Positions 9,701 through 21,362 of a DNA stretch of 64,000 bases are shown in pieces; the stretch's first letter is position 1; each line of letters starts with the position of its first letter. Both the position numbers and the translations under genes were made by a program. The stretch comes from a virus. The stretch is from the IMG/VR virus record IMGVR_UViG_3300046782_000129, positions 53,535 through 117,534 of that record. One strand, 5' to 3'. The notes below the pieces were generated by a model that saw nothing but the letters and a program-made list of their open reading frames with translations, was not told the origin of the DNA and ran no database searches.

Positions 9701-10057
9701 ATGACAGACATGACGGTCGCAAAGACGATTCTGGAACAGCTTGGTGGGCGACGGTTCTCGGTGATGACCGGAGCCAAGAACTTCATCGGCAGCGAAAACA
9801 CTCTGTCCTTCCGTTTGCCCGGTAGCGGCTTCGCCAAGGATGGCATCAACGCTGTTCGGGTCACGCTCAATGGGCTGGATCTGTATGACGTGGAGTTCTC
9901 GCGGGTGCGTGGGGCCAAGGTCAAGGTCCTGCACACGGAGACGAACATCTACGGCGACAAGCTGGCGGAGGCGTTCCGTCTCTGCACGGGCCTGAACACG
10001 TCGCTGGGCACCATGGGTGGCGAGATGCGGCGGTTCAACAACCGCCACGAGGATTAA
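9701..10057 (+). CDS. Conserved phage hypothetical protein
   Basis: VAKTILEQLGGRRFSVMTGAKNF pattern; AAGGAG RBS; promoter at 9639. Confidence 0.7.
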   Translation: MTDMTVAKTILEQLGGRRFSVMTGAKNFIGSENTLSFRLPGSGFAKDGINAVRVTLNGLDLYDVEFSRVRGAKVKVLHTETNIYGDKLAEAFRLCTGLNTSLGTMGGEMRRFNNRHED

Positions 10058-10061
10058 GGCC

Positions 10062-10295
10062 ATGGCGTTCAAGATGCCGTGGGGGCGGGAAGAAACGGCG
10101 GAGCGGCTGGCCAGAGCCTTGATGTCCACTGGCGACAGCTACCGCAGGGGGTGCATGTCCAGACTCACCTACCGGTCGCATATGGCATCCTTGTGGGGGC
10201 AGGCACGGGTGCATGGGGTGATGGCAGAAGTCGAGGCACAGGTGGACCCAGCGTTGGTGGGTCTCCGGCCACTCGGGGAGCAGAGGATCGCATGA
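10062..10295 (+). CDS. Hypothetical protein
   Basis: GAGG RBS, operon context. Confidence 0.5.
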   Translation: MAFKMPWGREETAERLARALMSTGDSYRRGCMSRLTYRSHMASLWGQARVHGVMAEVEAQVDPALVGLRPLGEQRIA

Positions 10296-10747
10296 AACCG
10301 CATCAGTGTTTTAGTCGTTCAGGATGGTGGCAGACGCTGTGTGGACTCGATGCCGCCAATCAAGGGTTCGGGTGGACGTCGGTGCCGGGTAACGTGGGTT
10401 GCATCGAGTGCAAAAAGCTGATTCAAAAGGGTGAGCACTTGAAGTGGACAGAGAAGCACATTCTTGTCTCGATGCGAGTGAGGGATCGAGCAGAGCAGTT
10501 GAAGCCGTCTCCGACATCGGAGACGTGTCAGGCACTGGTAGCGGCAGGCTACAAGCCCTACGCCAAGCGATGGGTGCGGGGCAAGCTGATGGAGGTCATC
10601 TCCCTGCCGTTCGTGCAGGACGGCCACACGAAGGGGTGTGGCATCGGGTTGATGGTGCGGGAGCCGGATGATCCGACCACGATGGTCGAGTGGTCCATCC
10701 CGGTGGTGGAAGTCAGGGCAGCATTACAGCAGAAAAGGAGCCGGTAA
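10292..10747 (+). CDS. Hypothetical protein with N-terminal Zn-binding motif
   Basis: ATGA overlap; H..C..CxxC. Confidence 0.5.
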   Translation: MKPHQCFSRSGWWQTLCGLDAANQGFGWTSVPGNVGCIECKKLIQKGEHLKWTEKHILVSMRVRDRAEQLKPSPTSETCQALVAAGYKPYAKRWVRGKLMEVISLPFVQDGHTKGCGIGLMVREPDDPTTMVEWSIPVVEVRAALQQKRSR

Positions 10748-10751
10748 GCGC

Positions 10752-11318
10752 GTGAAGAAGACAGTGTGGTGGGTGGTGGTGAGTCTGGCCATGGCGGGGG
10801 CCAGTCTGGTGATGGGTCGAGGGACGGCGTGGGCGCAGGAGACGCAGGAACCAAGAGCCGTTGTCCTGTGTAACGGGGACCTGACCAAGGTGTCGGTGAC
10901 GGAGGCCGAGTGGGCACGGATGGACTTTCTGGAGCAACACACGGAGTGCTTCAATACGTGGATCCGTAAGAATGTGGCGCAGGCGCAACCGACTCCGGTT
11001 GCTCAGGAACACGGTCGAAAGCTAGCCATCGCTGGATTGGTCGTGACACTTGCTGGCGTGGCATTGGTTCTCCCGCAGGGGCACAACGATTACATTCTCG
11101 GAGATACGTATTGCGTGCAGGACACCACGTCCAGCGTGAGCGTGGACTACGGAAGCTGCACGTCAGTGGCTCCGAAATACGGAGCTATCGCGTTGGCGGC
11201 AGGCGTGACGATGATGGCCATCGGATTCCATCAGATGAGCGTGTCGCCTGAAATCACGCCGACGAGCAAGGCCATCAAGGCCACCATCAAGTGGGGAGGA
11301 TCACATGCCAAACGTTGA
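10752..11318 (+). CDS. Exported/membrane protein
   Basis: Signal peptide ending AWA; two further hydrophobic segments. Confidence 0.6.
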   Translation: MKKTVWWVVVSLAMAGASLVMGRGTAWAQETQEPRAVVLCNGDLTKVSVTEAEWARMDFLEQHTECFNTWIRKNVAQAQPTPVAQEHGRKLAIAGLVVTLAGVALVLPQGHNDYILGDTYCVQDTTSSVSVDYGSCTSVAPKYGAIALAAGVTMMAIGFHQMSVSPEITPTSKAIKATIKWGGSHAKR

Positions 11319-11535
11319 AGACGACAACCTGTTGAAGTGGACGGCAGAGGCCAAGACGGTCGGCATCCACGTGGACGAGACGCTGAAGTTCAGTTCTCGG
11401 CACTGGCCAGACACCTTCCAGTACGAGGGCATCACGTGGAAGAAGGACAATGCTCTGACGGCGGCGAACGGCGAAGTCCAGTACGTTGAGTACACGGACG
11501 GCAACGGCAAGTGGCTGGTGGTCTACCGGGACTAA
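11305..11535 (+). CDS. Hypothetical protein
   Basis: GGAGG RBS, overlap with upstream gene. Confidence 0.55.
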   Translation: MPNVEDDNLLKWTAEAKTVGIHVDETLKFSSRHWPDTFQYEGITWKKDNALTAANGEVQYVEYTDGNGKWLVVYRD

Positions 11536-11565
11536 CGGTGCAATCAGTTGCCAAGGAGGGCGGCG

Positions 11566-11907
11566 GTGTTGAAGAAGATCGTGTCATTCGGGTTCCGCCA
11601 CAACGGCGGGCCGGTGGCGGTGGCAGGGATTGTGGTGGTGGATGTCCGGAGGATGTTCAGGAATCCCTTCCACGATCAAACGCTCCGAGACAAGAACGGC
11701 ACGGACCCTGACGTGCAGGCAGACGTGATGAAGACGCCGAACTTCGACGCCAAGTACGCCCACGTCAGGGATCAGGTGACCACACCGGGCATCGAAGAGG
11801 CGTGGATCGGGTGCTCAGGGGGCCATCATCGGAGTGTGTTTCTGGCGGAGAAGTTGGGGCAGGAGTTGGGCGTCACGGTCGAGCACCGGGACATCGAGAA
11901 ACCGTAA
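11566..11907 (+). CDS. Stand-alone RapZ C-terminal-like domain protein
   Basis: IVSFGFRH, VVDVR..RNP, IGCSGGHHRSVFLAE match the RapZ/YhbJ C-terminal signature; AAGGAGG RBS. Confidence 0.8.
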   Translation: MLKKIVSFGFRHNGGPVAVAGIVVVDVRRMFRNPFHDQTLRDKNGTDPDVQADVMKTPNFDAKYAHVRDQVTTPGIEEAWIGCSGGHHRSVFLAEKLGQELGVTVEHRDIEKP

Positions 11908-11918
11908 AGGAGAACGTG

Positions 11919-12170
11919 ATGCTGATCAAACTGCGACCGATGCAGTTATCGGAACAGGAACGTCAAGAGTTGGTGCGGCTGCGTGGGGAAGTGGCCAAGC
12001 TGAAGTCGGAGCGACGGGGGTCGAGGGCGAAGGGATCGCATCTGCACAGTCGAGTGTGGACGATGATGGAGATGCTGGGCGAGTTGGTGGAGCCGGGGTT
12101 GAAGACGATTAAGAAGCGTCGGTATGACGATGCCGTCGAGCCGGTGAAGCGTCTGTTGGGCTGGGAGTAG
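11919..12170 (+). CDS. Hypothetical protein
   Basis: AAGGAG RBS. Confidence 0.5.
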   Translation: MLIKLRPMQLSEQERQELVRLRGEVAKLKSERRGSRAKGSHLHSRVWTMMEMLGELVEPGLKTIKKRRYDDAVEPVKRLLGWE

Positions 12171-12182
12171 ACGCCAAGAGCC

Positions 12183-12428
12183 ATGAGCTACAAGGATGAA
12201 CAGGATCTGCTCTTCCAAGAGATGGAAGACCGGCAGCGGCTGGCAGAGAAGGTCGAGCGAGAGCGGGTGTGGAAGTACGAGTGGGTAAGTCTGGGGTATC
12301 CTGAAGCCGGGTTTGAAGCGTGGTTCAAACTGGTGCAGGATCTGGTGAAACTCGATCCCCAATACACGTCCATTGTGGACTACATGGAGTCGTTTTTCGA
12401 AAATCGCAAGGTGGCGAAGAAGAAATAG
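12183..12428 (+). CDS. Hypothetical protein
   Basis: ORF in operon. Confidence 0.5.
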   Translation: MSYKDEQDLLFQEMEDRQRLAEKVERERVWKYEWVSLGYPEAGFEAWFKLVQDLVKLDPQYTSIVDYMESFFENRKVAKKK

Positions 12429-12437
12429 GAGAGGGCC

Positions 12438-12653
12438 ATGGAGGGCGACGTGAAGGGCAAGTTTTGTGCGGAGTGTGGGTGGCCGGATTTTTGTCGGACG
12501 GATTGCCGAAGGACGACGGCACATGACCGATACCGGCAACGGCAGGCGTGGGTGGCCACGGTCATGCTCCAGACGGCGGGGAATGAGGAACAGCGGGGAT
12601 ACTGGAAAAGGCAGCTAAATTGGGCCGAAAAAGCCCAAGAAATGGCCGCTTGA
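12438..12653 (+). CDS. Small Cys-rich protein
   Basis: AGGAG RBS; its TGA stop lies inside the next TTGACA box. Confidence 0.5.
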   Translation: MEGDVKGKFCAECGWPDFCRTDCRRTTAHDRYRQRQAWVATVMLQTAGNEEQRGYWKRQLNWAEKAQEMAA

Positions 12654-12727
12654 CAAACCACCCCCTGACATGAGACAATGGTCTTACGTCAGCCGCCCAA
12701 CGGAGTGAGCGGCACCCAAGGAGCCTT

Positions 12728-13735
12728 ATGAACCTCAACGAATCAGTCGCCAAGCTGCACAGTCTTCTTCCCTCCCTCTCGGCCCGTGACGCCAAGTTCG
12801 CGTCCGACCTGATCGCGTCCTACAAGAAGTACAACGGTCTGACCCCCAAGCAGGAGCCGTGGATCGGTCGCCTGATTGCCCGTGCAACGATCCCAGCGTT
12901 TCAGGTGGTGGCGTCGTCTCCGGTGGTCGCAGGTCCGGTGGTCAGCGTCGGCGGGTTCGAAGGCGTCATCGCCCTCTTCAACGCGGCGAAGGCGCACCTG
13001 AAGTTCCCGAAGATCACGCTGGTCTGCAACGGCCAGACCATCAAGTTGGCCCTGCTCGGCGCGAAGTCGAAGCACGTCGGCGCGGTGAACATCACGGACG
13101 GCGGCAAGTACCCGCACGCGGTGTGGTTCGGTCGCGTGACCCCCAACGGTGAGTGGACGCAATCGTCCAAGACCGCCCCGGAGTTCACAGCCGCCCTGAC
13201 GGCTCTCCTCAAGGAGTTCAGCGAGAACCCCGCCCGTGTCGCCAAGGAGCACGGCAAGCTGACGGGTCTCTGCTGCTTCTGCAACAAGGCCGTGGGCTAC
13301 GGCGAAGACAAGCGGTCTATCGCGGTGGGCTTCGGTCCGGACTGCGCGAAGAACTACGGTCTCAAGGCCGAGTGGCTGGCGGGCGTGGCCAAGGCGGAGG
13401 CGGGGATCACGGAGGTCCCCACCCTGACGGCCAGCATCGCAGCGGTGGACGCGGCGGTGGCGGGGGCAGTGACCCCCGCCCCGGTGGTGGAGAAGCTGGA
13501 AGAGAAGCTGGCGGTCATCGACGCGGCGGCTGATGCCTTCTTCGGGGGCGACACGGCGGCGGTGGTCGAGGCCAAGGCCGAGAAGATCGCGGCGGCGAAG
13601 ACGGACAACGAACTTCTCGCAGCCATCATCTTCGGTGAGCCAGTGAAGTGCTTCTTGTGCGGCGAGGAAGCGCATGAGACGAAGGAGCTACACGGTCTCA
13701 AGGTGTGCTTGGACTGCGTGAAGCAACTGGTCTGA
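12728..13735 (+). CDS. DUF6011-like Zn-finger protein
   Basis: HGKLTGLCCFCNKAV...SIAVGFGPDCAK; C-terminal CxxC..CxxC; promoter 12650, AAGGAG RBS. Confidence 0.7.
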   Translation: MNLNESVAKLHSLLPSLSARDAKFASDLIASYKKYNGLTPKQEPWIGRLIARATIPAFQVVASSPVVAGPVVSVGGFEGVIALFNAAKAHLKFPKITLVCNGQTIKLALLGAKSKHVGAVNITDGGKYPHAVWFGRVTPNGEWTQSSKTAPEFTAALTALLKEFSENPARVAKEHGKLTGLCCFCNKAVGYGEDKRSIAVGFGPDCAKNYGLKAEWLAGVAKAEAGITEVPTLTASIAAVDAAVAGAVTPAPVVEKLEEKLAVIDAAADAFFGGDTAAVVEAKAEKIAAAKTDNELLAAIIFGEPVKCFLCGEEAHETKELHGLKVCLDCVKQLV

Positions 13736-13774
13736 AGTCCTTGCCGTCGAGATGGGAGTCAAAGCGGCAGGGCA

Positions 13775-13820
13775 GGGGTGGCGCGGGGCGAATGTCCCGG
13801 CCATCCCGGTTCGTTTTTTT
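13775..13820 (+). terminator. Probable intrinsic terminator
   Basis: GGGGTGGC...GCCATCCC stem around an inner hairpin, followed by T7. Confidence 0.45.
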
Positions 13821-13831
13821 GTGGAGGATGA

Positions 13832-14077
13832 ATGGCTAAGCGAAAGCACTGGACACAAACCCCGGCAGGCAAGAAGAAGATCGCGGCGGCAAAGAATTGG
13901 GGACGGCCCAAGAAGACGGAACCCACCAAGAAGAAGATGACGAACGGCAGCGGGAAGAAACCGGCCAAGGCCGAAGTGATGGAATTGGCGAGAGCGGGGG
14001 CACGTCAGCGGTTACAGGATATCGAGCGGGAGCGGCAGAAGCTGTTGATCTTCTTGGACGAGCCGCACGATGCCTAA
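13832..14077 (+). CDS. Lys-rich basic protein
   Basis: GGAGG RBS; basic N-terminus, coiled C-terminus. Confidence 0.55.
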   Translation: MAKRKHWTQTPAGKKKIAAAKNWGRPKKTEPTKKKMTNGSGKKPAKAEVMELARAGARQRLQDIERERQKLLIFLDEPHDA

Positions 14078-14297
14078 GCCTCCGCGTCGGCGGCAGATTG
14101 CCCCCCGCATGGCGGGCGGGTTGATCCGAGTCAGCATTGGCCACGGTCTTCCGCCACAGGTCAAGGAGGGGCTGAAGATGCTGGCCTACAAGCGGGGCCA
14201 GTCGGTGAGTTGGGTGCTGGAGCAGGTGATCATCGAGTATTTTGACCTGCAACGACCGGTCTACATCCAGCCGAAGAAGAAACCCGTGAAGGACTGA
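14070..14297 (+). CDS. Ribbon-helix-helix DNA-binding protein
   Basis: beta strand RVSIGHG then LPPQVKEGLKMLAYKRGQSVSWVLEQVIIEYF helix-helix pattern. Confidence 0.65.
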   Translation: MPKPPRRRQIAPRMAGGLIRVSIGHGLPPQVKEGLKMLAYKRGQSVSWVLEQVIIEYFDLQRPVYIQPKKKPVKD

Positions 14298-14321
14298 GTG
14301 GGTGGTATCATCTGATACCAC

Positions 14322-14681
14322 ATGACGGCGGTCTGGATAGTCGTCGGCATTTTTGTTGGCTGGGGATTGGCCGGATGGTTGACGGGGCACAAGAATCCGT
14401 GGACGTCGTTGTGGCATTGGATGCGTGGACATCCCATCAAGGCGACGACCGTGATCGTGGCCATCATACTGGTCACCGGCCAGTTACTGTTCGGGTGGTT
14501 CGTACACAAGAAGTCGGAGACCTCAAATGATCCCTGCACTGGGTATGTTGTTGCTGATCGCCGTGCTGATACAATGGCCGAAGTGGAAACGACAACGCGC
14601 CGAAGTTCACATGTCACGCGATTGGATGCGAGAGCACGTGTATCGAGCCGGAATAGAACGGTATCGTTGGTAAGTCATTAA
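14322..14681 (+). CDS. Two-TM membrane protein
   Basis: Two hydrophobic segments at the N-terminus. Confidence 0.55.
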   Translation: MTAVWIVVGIFVGWGLAGWLTGHKNPWTSLWHWMRGHPIKATTVIVAIILVTGQLLFGWFVHKKSETSNDPCTGYVVADRRADTMAEVETTTRRSSHVTRLDARARVSSRNRTVSLVSH

Positions 14682-14851
14682 AAAATAATTGATCGCCGGA
14701 TTAAAATAATGGGTCGGCCCCACGGATCGCTGGGGGGGAAGAGAGCGATTCAACGAGCACCTTGCACCAACAAAACTAATCGTGGGTCAGGCCGGTTACG
14801 GTATACTTGTGCTTTGCTGATACCGTTCCGCGTGAAGGAGTCCGCCTGCCG

Positions 14852-17800
14852 ATGGACGATTATCAGAATCTTGCTGTTGGGGTTGTAGAGGTTCCCCCGT
14901 CTCCCGCCCAAACGGGGAAGACTGTTCGTCTGAAGACCGGTCACGGTCAGCGATTCCCCGATCCTCCGTTCAACGTCACGGCGTGGCCGAAGATCGGCAT
15001 GCCCAATCCGGACAACGCTGAGATTGCTCGATGCACAGCCGTCGAAGGCGATGACCTGACGCTGGAGATACGTGGCTATCAGGACACGGTGCCACGAGCC
15101 ATCCAATCCGGTGACTGGATCGCGGCGACGATCACGGATGAAACGATCATCGAACTGCACCGGCCAGTCTTTGCTAAGTATCTGGTCCAGCAACCGTACA
15201 TAGACCTGCCCAACGCGCAAGCTATCGGAGACCTAGAGACCGGCTACCTGAAGGGTGAGACCAGCACGGGTATCGTCAGTTCCGTGCAACTGATTGCCAC
15301 GACGGACTTGGAACTGCCCCACGATGATTCGGTCTACCTGAACGGCGAAGGTGAGTTTGTCGAACCCCCACCGGGGCCAGATGGTCCTCCGGGGCCTGAA
15401 GGTCCGCAGGGAGAACAAGGAGCACAAGGCGTCCAAGGCCCTCAGGGTATTCCGGGACCCACAGGTCCACAAGGCCCAGTCGGTTCAGAAGGCCCCACCG
15501 GGGAGACCGGGGCGGATGGACCTGAAGGTCCGCAGGGGGTGCCCGGAGTGACGGGTCCTCAAGGGTCCACCGGGCCAGCCGGTCCTCAGGGTTCGCAGGG
15601 GGTGCCGGGGGCGGTTGGAGCCACGGGACCTCCCGGAGCTACCGGAGCGACGGGATCGACCGGCCCAGCCGGTCCTATTGGCCCACAGGGTCCTGTGGGG
15701 GCCACGGGGCCGAAGGGGGCGACCGGAGACCAAGGTATCACCGGTCCACAGGGGGAAATGGGGGTTCCCGGTCCAGAAGGCCCACAGGGGACCACAGGAG
15801 CCACCGGGCAGACCGGACCACCGGGACCTCTTGGCCCAGCCGGTCCTACGGGATCGACCGGCCCAGCGGGTGTCCAAGGGGCGACAGGAGCTACGGGGGT
15901 GGCGGGGCCAGTCGGTCCTCAAGGTCCGCAAGGACCCATCGGCACGACCGGGCCAGCCGGTCCACTCGGTCCCAAGGGAGACAAGGGTGATACGGGAATT
16001 CAAGGCGTGCCGGGTCCGCAAGGATCACCGGGTGATACCGGTTCCACGGGTCCCGTAGGACCAGCCGGTGCCCAAGGAGCCAAGGGGGATCAGGGCGTGC
16101 CCGGTGTGCCGGGGCCAGAGGGTCCGGAAGGTCCAGCGGGAGCCGGGTTAGAAATCAAAGGCACGGTGCCAACAGTTGGGGACTTGCCACCAACCGGGGT
16201 GCCCGGAGATGCATGGCTGGCCGCAGATACTGGCCATTTGTGGGTCTGGGACGCAGAGACGAGCACGTGGATCGATGCGGGTCAGTTGCAAGGGCCAGCC
16301 GGTCCTCAAGGCCCACAAGGTGTGGTCGGTCCTCAAGGCATACCGGGTGCGACAGGTCCTCAAGGGACGACCGGTGCCCAAGGCGTTGCTGGTCCTCAAG
16401 GTTCGAAGGGCGATGTTGGCGCGACGGGTCCACAAGGGACGCAAGGTATCAAAGGGGATCCCGGAGTTGCTGGACCCTCAGGTCCTCAAGGACTCGATGG
16501 TCCGACAGGTCCGCAAGGCGCACAGGGAGCGAAGGGAGATACTGGTGCGACAGGACCGCAAGGGACGAAGGGTGATCCGGGTACGCAGGGCATCCAAGGG
16601 ACACAAGGCCCAGCGGGAGCTACCGGAGCCGATGGTCCAGCCGGTCCAGCAGGGTCTCAAGGTACGCAGGGGGTGCAGGGTCCGAAGGGAGACACGGGAG
16701 CCACTGGCACTACTGGGCCACAAGGTGATCCCGGACCCATTGGCAGCACTGGTCCGAAAGGTGATCCGGGTTCACAAGGTCCGATTGGAACCACAGGTCC
16801 TCCGGGGCCGCAAGGAATTCAGGGTCCGCTAGGTCCAGCCGGTCCAGATGGTCCGACCGGTCCCAAAGGAGATACGGGAGCGGCTGGACCACAAGGTTCC
16901 CAAGGCATTCAAGGAGCGACGGGAGCTACCGGTTCAACTGGAGCGACAGGTCCCGCAGGACCCACGGGGCCACAGGGGAATGATGGTCCACAAGGTGTGC
17001 AAGGGTTACAAGGATCCAAGGGGGACACCGGAGCCACCGGATCCCAAGGTCCAGCCGGAACTGATGGCGCACCGGGGGCCAAAGGAGACAAAGGGGATCC
17101 GGGTCCAGTTGGTCCAGAAGGTCCAGAGGGGCCACAAGGCCCACCGGGCACGGGTACAGGTGGTGGAGGCACGGACCTAGAGTACTTAGGCGATTACGTC
17201 TCGACCACGTATGACGATGGTGACATCGTGGTGGCGTCGGACGGAATCGCGTACATGTGTGTCAAGGATGGCGTCACGACGCCGCCTGAACCATGGCCGG
17301 GAACAGGCATCATTTCAGCGGTCGGTCCTCCGGGACCCACAGGACCGGTGGGACCACAGGGATTGCCGGGGCCAACAGGCTCAGCGGGAGCTACAGGAAG
17401 CCAAGGACCCGCAGGATCCAAAGGGGATCCGGGGCCACAAGGTGATCCGGGACCCAAGGGAGACACAGGACCGACAGGACCACAGGGATCACAAGGTACG
17501 CAAGGCACACAGGGTCCGCAAGGATCACAAGGGAGTCAAGGGACGGCAGGTACGCCCGGAGAAAAATGGTACTCAGATACGGGTGCGCCAGCCGGGGCCA
17601 CAGGAATTGTTGGAGACTGGTACCTCGATACGGCGACAGGAGATTTTTACGAGAAGACCGCCACGTCAGCGTGGACGAATCGCGGCAACCTCAAGGGGCC
17701 GCAGGGTGCGGCAGGTTCACCGGGAGCGCAGGGCAATCCCGGCATTACACGTCCATTCAGACTCGGCCACACGTGGGGACTGGTGGGTGATGTCTCTGGC

Positions 17801-18079
17801 CTGACCACGTTGCCGTCGATTTTCATTCCGTTCAACGGGACGCAAGCCGCCACGTTGGTGGGTTTGCGTATGAAGATCGCCACGGGAACGAGCGTGGGCG
17901 TGCAGTTGAAACGCAATGGAGCCAATGTGGGAAGTGTGGTCACGGTGACCACGACCGTAGCGACGACCACGCTGAGTCAGGTACTGGCCGCAGACGATGA
18001 ACTCACCATTGTGTTGTCGTCTCCGGTCGGCACCCCAACGCATTTGACGGCGACGTTGTATATCGAGCACACACCCTGA
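14852..18079 (+). CDS. Collagen-like (Gly-X-Y) fibre protein
   Basis: Several hundred residues of GXY triplets interrupted by small globular modules; AAGGAG RBS. Confidence 0.85.
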   Translation: MDDYQNLAVGVVEVPPSPAQTGKTVRLKTGHGQRFPDPPFNVTAWPKIGMPNPDNAEIARCTAVEGDDLTLEIRGYQDTVPRAIQSGDWIAATITDETIIELHRPVFAKYLVQQPYIDLPNAQAIGDLETGYLKGETSTGIVSSVQLIATTDLELPHDDSVYLNGEGEFVEPPPGPDGPPGPEGPQGEQGAQGVQGPQGIPGPTGPQGPVGSEGPTGETGADGPEGPQGVPGVTGPQGSTGPAGPQGSQGVPGAVGATGPPGATGATGSTGPAGPIGPQGPVGATGPKGATGDQGITGPQGEMGVPGPEGPQGTTGATGQTGPPGPLGPAGPTGSTGPAGVQGATGATGVAGPVGPQGPQGPIGTTGPAGPLGPKGDKGDTGIQGVPGPQGSPGDTGSTGPVGPAGAQGAKGDQGVPGVPGPEGPEGPAGAGLEIKGTVPTVGDLPPTGVPGDAWLAADTGHLWVWDAETSTWIDAGQLQGPAGPQGPQGVVGPQGIPGATGPQGTTGAQGVAGPQGSKGDVGATGPQGTQGIKGDPGVAGPSGPQGLDGPTGPQGAQGAKGDTGATGPQGTKGDPGTQGIQGTQGPAGATGADGPAGPAGSQGTQGVQGPKGDTGATGTTGPQGDPGPIGSTGPKGDPGSQGPIGTTGPPGPQGIQGPLGPAGPDGPTGPKGDTGAAGPQGSQGIQGATGATGSTGATGPAGPTGPQGNDGPQGVQGLQGSKGDTGATGSQGPAGTDGAPGAKGDKGDPGPVGPEGPEGPQGPPGTGTGGGGTDLEYLGDYVSTTYDDGDIVVASDGIAYMCVKDGVTTPPEPWPGTGIISAVGPPGPTGPVGPQGLPGPTGSAGATGSQGPAGSKGDPGPQGDPGPKGDTGPTGPQGSQGTQGTQGPQGSQGSQGTAGTPGEKWYSDTGAPAGATGIVGDWYLDTATGDFYEKTATSAWTNRGNLKGPQGAAGSPGAQGNPGITRPFRLGHTWGLVGDVSGLTTLPSIFIPFNGTQAATLVGLRMKIATGTSVGVQLKRNGANVGSVVTVTTTVATTTLSQVLAADDELTIVLSSPVGTPTHLTATLYIEHTP

Positions 18080-18816
18080 TGGCAACAACCTCAGCGGTGC
18101 TCACGACGGTCGGGTCTCAGACGTGGAATTGGCCTGCGGGCGTGACGTCCGTGATTGCTGAAGCGATTGGTGGTGGAGGGGGCAGTGGATCTGCCAATGC
18201 GAATCCCTCGACGGGTGGAGGCGGCAAAGGTGGCGGCTATGCCAAAGCGACCATCACCAAAGGGGCAGAAGCGTTATTGACCGTGGTGGTGGGAGGACCG
18301 GGACCGGCTGGAGCGGTTGGACCGCCATCCACCGTGACGCAAGGGGCTACTGTCGTCCTGTGTGCGGTCGGGGGTGGATTCGGAGCGACAGCGACGGTCG
18401 CTAGTACCAATGGGGCTGGAGCGACGACGGATAATGGTGGACCAGCGGTTGGATCAGTGACGTTTTCTGGAGGCAATGGCGGCACGGGGAATTACACGTC
18501 CGGTGTTGCTGGTTCAGGGGGCGGAGGCGGGGCAGCAGGACCTACGAGTGCAGGGGGAGCCGCGAATGTGAATGTGGCAGGCACGGGAGGTACTGGGACG
18601 TTCTCTGACGGGAATAAGTATTCTGGAGCGGGTGCGGCTGGGGTTGGGAATAGCACGCAAGGAGCGGCTGCGCCGTCTGGAGTGTCCAACAGTGGAGGAG
18701 CCGCATCAGGAGGTAAAAGTAATTCAGGAGCCGCCAAAGGTGGGTGGTCAGGACGGCAGGGTGTTGTGGTTTTGACGTGGACGGTGTATCAGCAACCGAT
18801 GGGAACGATCACATGA
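18079..18816 (+). CDS. Glycine-rich fibre-associated protein
   Basis: [20 protein letters not shown]...[10 protein letters not shown] typical of phage Gly-rich domains. Confidence 0.75.
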   Translation: MATTSAVLTTVGSQTWNWPAGVTSVIAEAIGGGGGSGSANANPSTGGGGKGGGYAKATITKGAEALLTVVVGGPGPAGAVGPPSTVTQGATVVLCAVGGGFGATATVASTNGAGATTDNGGPAVGSVTFSGGNGGTGNYTSGVAGSGGGGGAAGPTSAGGAANVNVAGTGGTGTFSDGNKYSGAGAAGVGNSTQGAAAPSGVSNSGGAASGGKSNSGAAKGGWSGRQGVVVLTWTVYQQPMGTIT

Positions 18817-20585
18817 GCGGACCAGATCCAGCCACTACTGAATGGGTTCCGATTTGGAACTCGCAGACGTCTGGACCTGCGGGACCTCCGGGTCCACCCG
18901 GTCCTGATGGACCACAGGGTGATCCCGGTCCTACGGGACCTGTGGGTCCCCTTGGTCCGAAGGGAGATGCTGGTCCCACGGGAGCGACGGGAACTCAAGG
19001 CGCGTCAGGACCACAAGGCGTACAAGGCTCACAGGGTGTGCCGGGTCCTACGGGATTGCCGGGACCCACGGGTCCGACCGGACCAACCGGACCGCAAGGT
19101 ACGACTGGACCCCAAGGACCTATTGGAACCACGCCAGCCCTGACCGAAACGTTTTTGACGTCGGGGGCTGAGCCAGCCCTGCCCAATTCTCGGAAATTGA
19201 TTGCAGGCGCGAACATCGTCCTCGATGCGACGACCCCCGGTCAGTTAGTGATCAACGGTGGCGGGGCGGGAGGCATGGATCTGGAGTACTTAGGCGGGTA
19301 TGTCACGCCTAAGACGTATTTCGATGGCGATATCGTCATCGGAGACGATGGGGTCGCCTACATGTGCGTGGTGGACGGCACGACCACGCCACCAGAACCA
19401 TGGCCGGGAGTCGGCATTGCCACGTCCGTAGGTCCTCCGGGACCACCGGGGCCAACCGGACCACAAGGTACCGTAGGCCCAGCCGGTCCGACCGGCCCAG
19501 CAGGACCCACGGGATCGACCGGCACTCAAGGTCCACAGGGTGTGGTAGGACCCACGGGTCCGAAGGGTGACACGGGACCGCAAGGCGTCCAAGGTATTCA
19601 AGGCCCACAAGGTGTGCAAGGCCCTGCGGGGGTGAGTGCGGCGGTCGATGCGACGTACTGGGTAGCGTCGGCCCACCCCACGTTGACCAACGAGCGAAAT
19701 CTCGGGTCATTGGCGAATGGCTACGTCAAGAGTACCGGTGGGGAACCCAGCACGGTGGCCGTCATTCCCATTGCGGATGGCGGCACGGGAGCCACGAGCG
19801 CATCCGTGGCCCGGACGAATCTCGGACTTGGATCGATGGCCATTCAGAATTCAAACAGTGTGGCCATCACGGGCGGCACAATAGCCGGATCGCATTCAGG
19901 CGATGGATCAGGACTGACGAATCTTCCAGCCGGTCAGTTGGTGGGTACGATACCCATCGGATCGATTCCCGCAGGCGTGGCCCCCTTCAGCGGCATGATC
20001 GTGTTGAGCTTGTCTCCCTGTCCAGCGGGATGGACCCGCATTGCATGGATGGATGGCTATTTCCCGCGTAGCAATTCAGTGGCAGGAGGGTCAGGCGGAT
20101 CAGGAAGCCATCAGCACGGAGTGGGGAGTTACGCAGCCCCAAGTCACGCGCACGATGCCGGGTCCCTCGTGACGGCCAGCCACAGCCACGGTGGCCGAGT
20201 TGATATCAACCTGAACACGAATAGTTCAGGGTCGCATGGCCATTCATTCAGCGTAAGTCTGACGGCCAGTGCTCACGTGGTGGCAGACACGAACAACGGC
20301 AGCAACAGCACGAACAACGTGCAGGGCGGATCGATTAGCGTGTCCAGTTGGGCGCACTCGCACCACATTGATACGAACGCTGACGTACCGATCAACTACA
20401 ACGGCAGCACGGCGGGGGTCGGAGACCACTACCACAACGTGACAGGTTCGGCTGGAATCAGTGGAGATGCCCCTGCGGTGTCTGGATCGACGGGCGTGGC
20501 CGGTGGACTCGCCATCACGGGTGCCTCAGATGTGGTGTCCCATTTGCCGTACTTCGTAGATTTCTTCTTCTGTCAAAAGAACTAA
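18813..20585 (+). CDS. Collagen-like tail fibre with His-x-His needle tip
   Basis: GXY repeats; collar-like [17 protein letters not shown]; seven HxH motifs; C-terminal [12 protein letters not shown]. Confidence 0.8.
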   Translation: MSGPDPATTEWVPIWNSQTSGPAGPPGPPGPDGPQGDPGPTGPVGPLGPKGDAGPTGATGTQGASGPQGVQGSQGVPGPTGLPGPTGPTGPTGPQGTTGPQGPIGTTPALTETFLTSGAEPALPNSRKLIAGANIVLDATTPGQLVINGGGAGGMDLEYLGGYVTPKTYFDGDIVIGDDGVAYMCVVDGTTTPPEPWPGVGIATSVGPPGPPGPTGPQGTVGPAGPTGPAGPTGSTGTQGPQGVVGPTGPKGDTGPQGVQGIQGPQGVQGPAGVSAAVDATYWVASAHPTLTNERNLGSLANGYVKSTGGEPSTVAVIPIADGGTGATSASVARTNLGLGSMAIQNSNSVAITGGTIAGSHSGDGSGLTNLPAGQLVGTIPIGSIPAGVAPFSGMIVLSLSPCPAGWTRIAWMDGYFPRSNSVAGGSGGSGSHQHGVGSYAAPSHAHDAGSLVTASHSHGGRVDINLNTNSSGSHGHSFSVSLTASAHVVADTNNGSNSTNNVQGGSISVSSWAHSHHIDTNADVPINYNGSTAGVGDHYHNVTGSAGISGDAPAVSGSTGVAGGLAITGASDVVSHLPYFVDFFFCQKN

Positions 20586-20588
20586 GCC

Positions 20589-20957
20589 ATGATTCTGAAC
20601 TTCGAAGACGAGTTGGGGAAGCGGCACTTTGAGTTCTGTTTTGTGGGCTTCGTGTTGGGCGGAAGCCTCCAAAATCAGAAGGGCATGCAAGTCCTCAGAA
20701 CCGAAGTGGGCCTCTTCGAAAAGCTGGAGAGTATCAGCGAGTTGAAATCCTGCGGCAAGAAGATGGTGAACGGGGAACCCGAACGCCAATTGAAGGCCGA
20801 AGGCAATGGGAGCCGCCAGATTCAAATCACCGTGCATGAGTTCGACTTGTTGTATAGCTACGTGACTACGACACCATGGCAGTCAGGGACGCCCGCCAAG
20901 ATGGCGGTGGAAACAATTGATTGGCTGGAGAACGCGAATCGTTCCAGCCGGGGGTGA
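20589..20957 (+). CDS. Hypothetical protein (possible fibre chaperone)
   Basis: Position directly after fibre gene. Confidence 0.55.
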   Translation: MILNFEDELGKRHFEFCFVGFVLGGSLQNQKGMQVLRTEVGLFEKLESISELKSCGKKMVNGEPERQLKAEGNGSRQIQITVHEFDLLYSYVTTTPWQSGTPAKMAVETIDWLENANRSSRG

Positions 20958-20960
20958 TGG

Positions 20961-21362
20961 ATGCCTATTACGGTGACGCTTCGTGCGTTGTTAGAAGCCC
21001 AGCCTGCATTGGTCCGACTGAGCAATGAAAAATTGCCCGTCAAGCTGGCGTATCGTGTGGCGAGACTGATGAAGGTGGTGCAAGTCGAGCTAGATGATTT
21101 TCACAAGCAACGTATTGTGCTGGTGAAGCAGTACGGAGCCACACGACCGACAACTGAAGAAGAGCGTGCCATTCATGGCACGGAAATCACTGAAGTGACC
21201 CCCGACAGGATGGTGGAGTTTCGGCAAGACGTTGATGATCTGGCGGATGAGAAGGTGACATTGGAGCGTGAGCCGTTGAAGCTTGAAGACAACTTTCCGG
21301 CCATTACGCCAGCCGATTTGATTGCGCTCGGTCCATTGGTGGCCGATGAAGAGGATGTATGA
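20961..21362 (+). CDS. DUF1617-like helical protein (possible fibre chaperone)
   Basis: [17 protein letters not shown]...[13 protein letters not shown] pattern. Confidence 0.55.
   Translation: MPITVTLRALLEAQPALVRLSNEKLPVKLAYRVARLMKVVQVELDDFHKQRIVLVKQYGATRPTTEEERAIHGTEITEVTPDRMVEFRQDVDDLADEKVTLEREPLKLEDNFPAITPADLIALGPLVADEEDV

Noticed and set aside
12743-13675. Long antisense ORFs (also 29058..30467, 22451..23605, 31731..32633)
   Set aside because: Shadows of GC-rich + strand genes, without motifs or RBS
14680-14812. AT-rich gap with two AAAATAAT copies as origin or genome end
   Set aside because: Too short, no iterons; more simply a promoter region (TATACT near 14802) for the fibre operon
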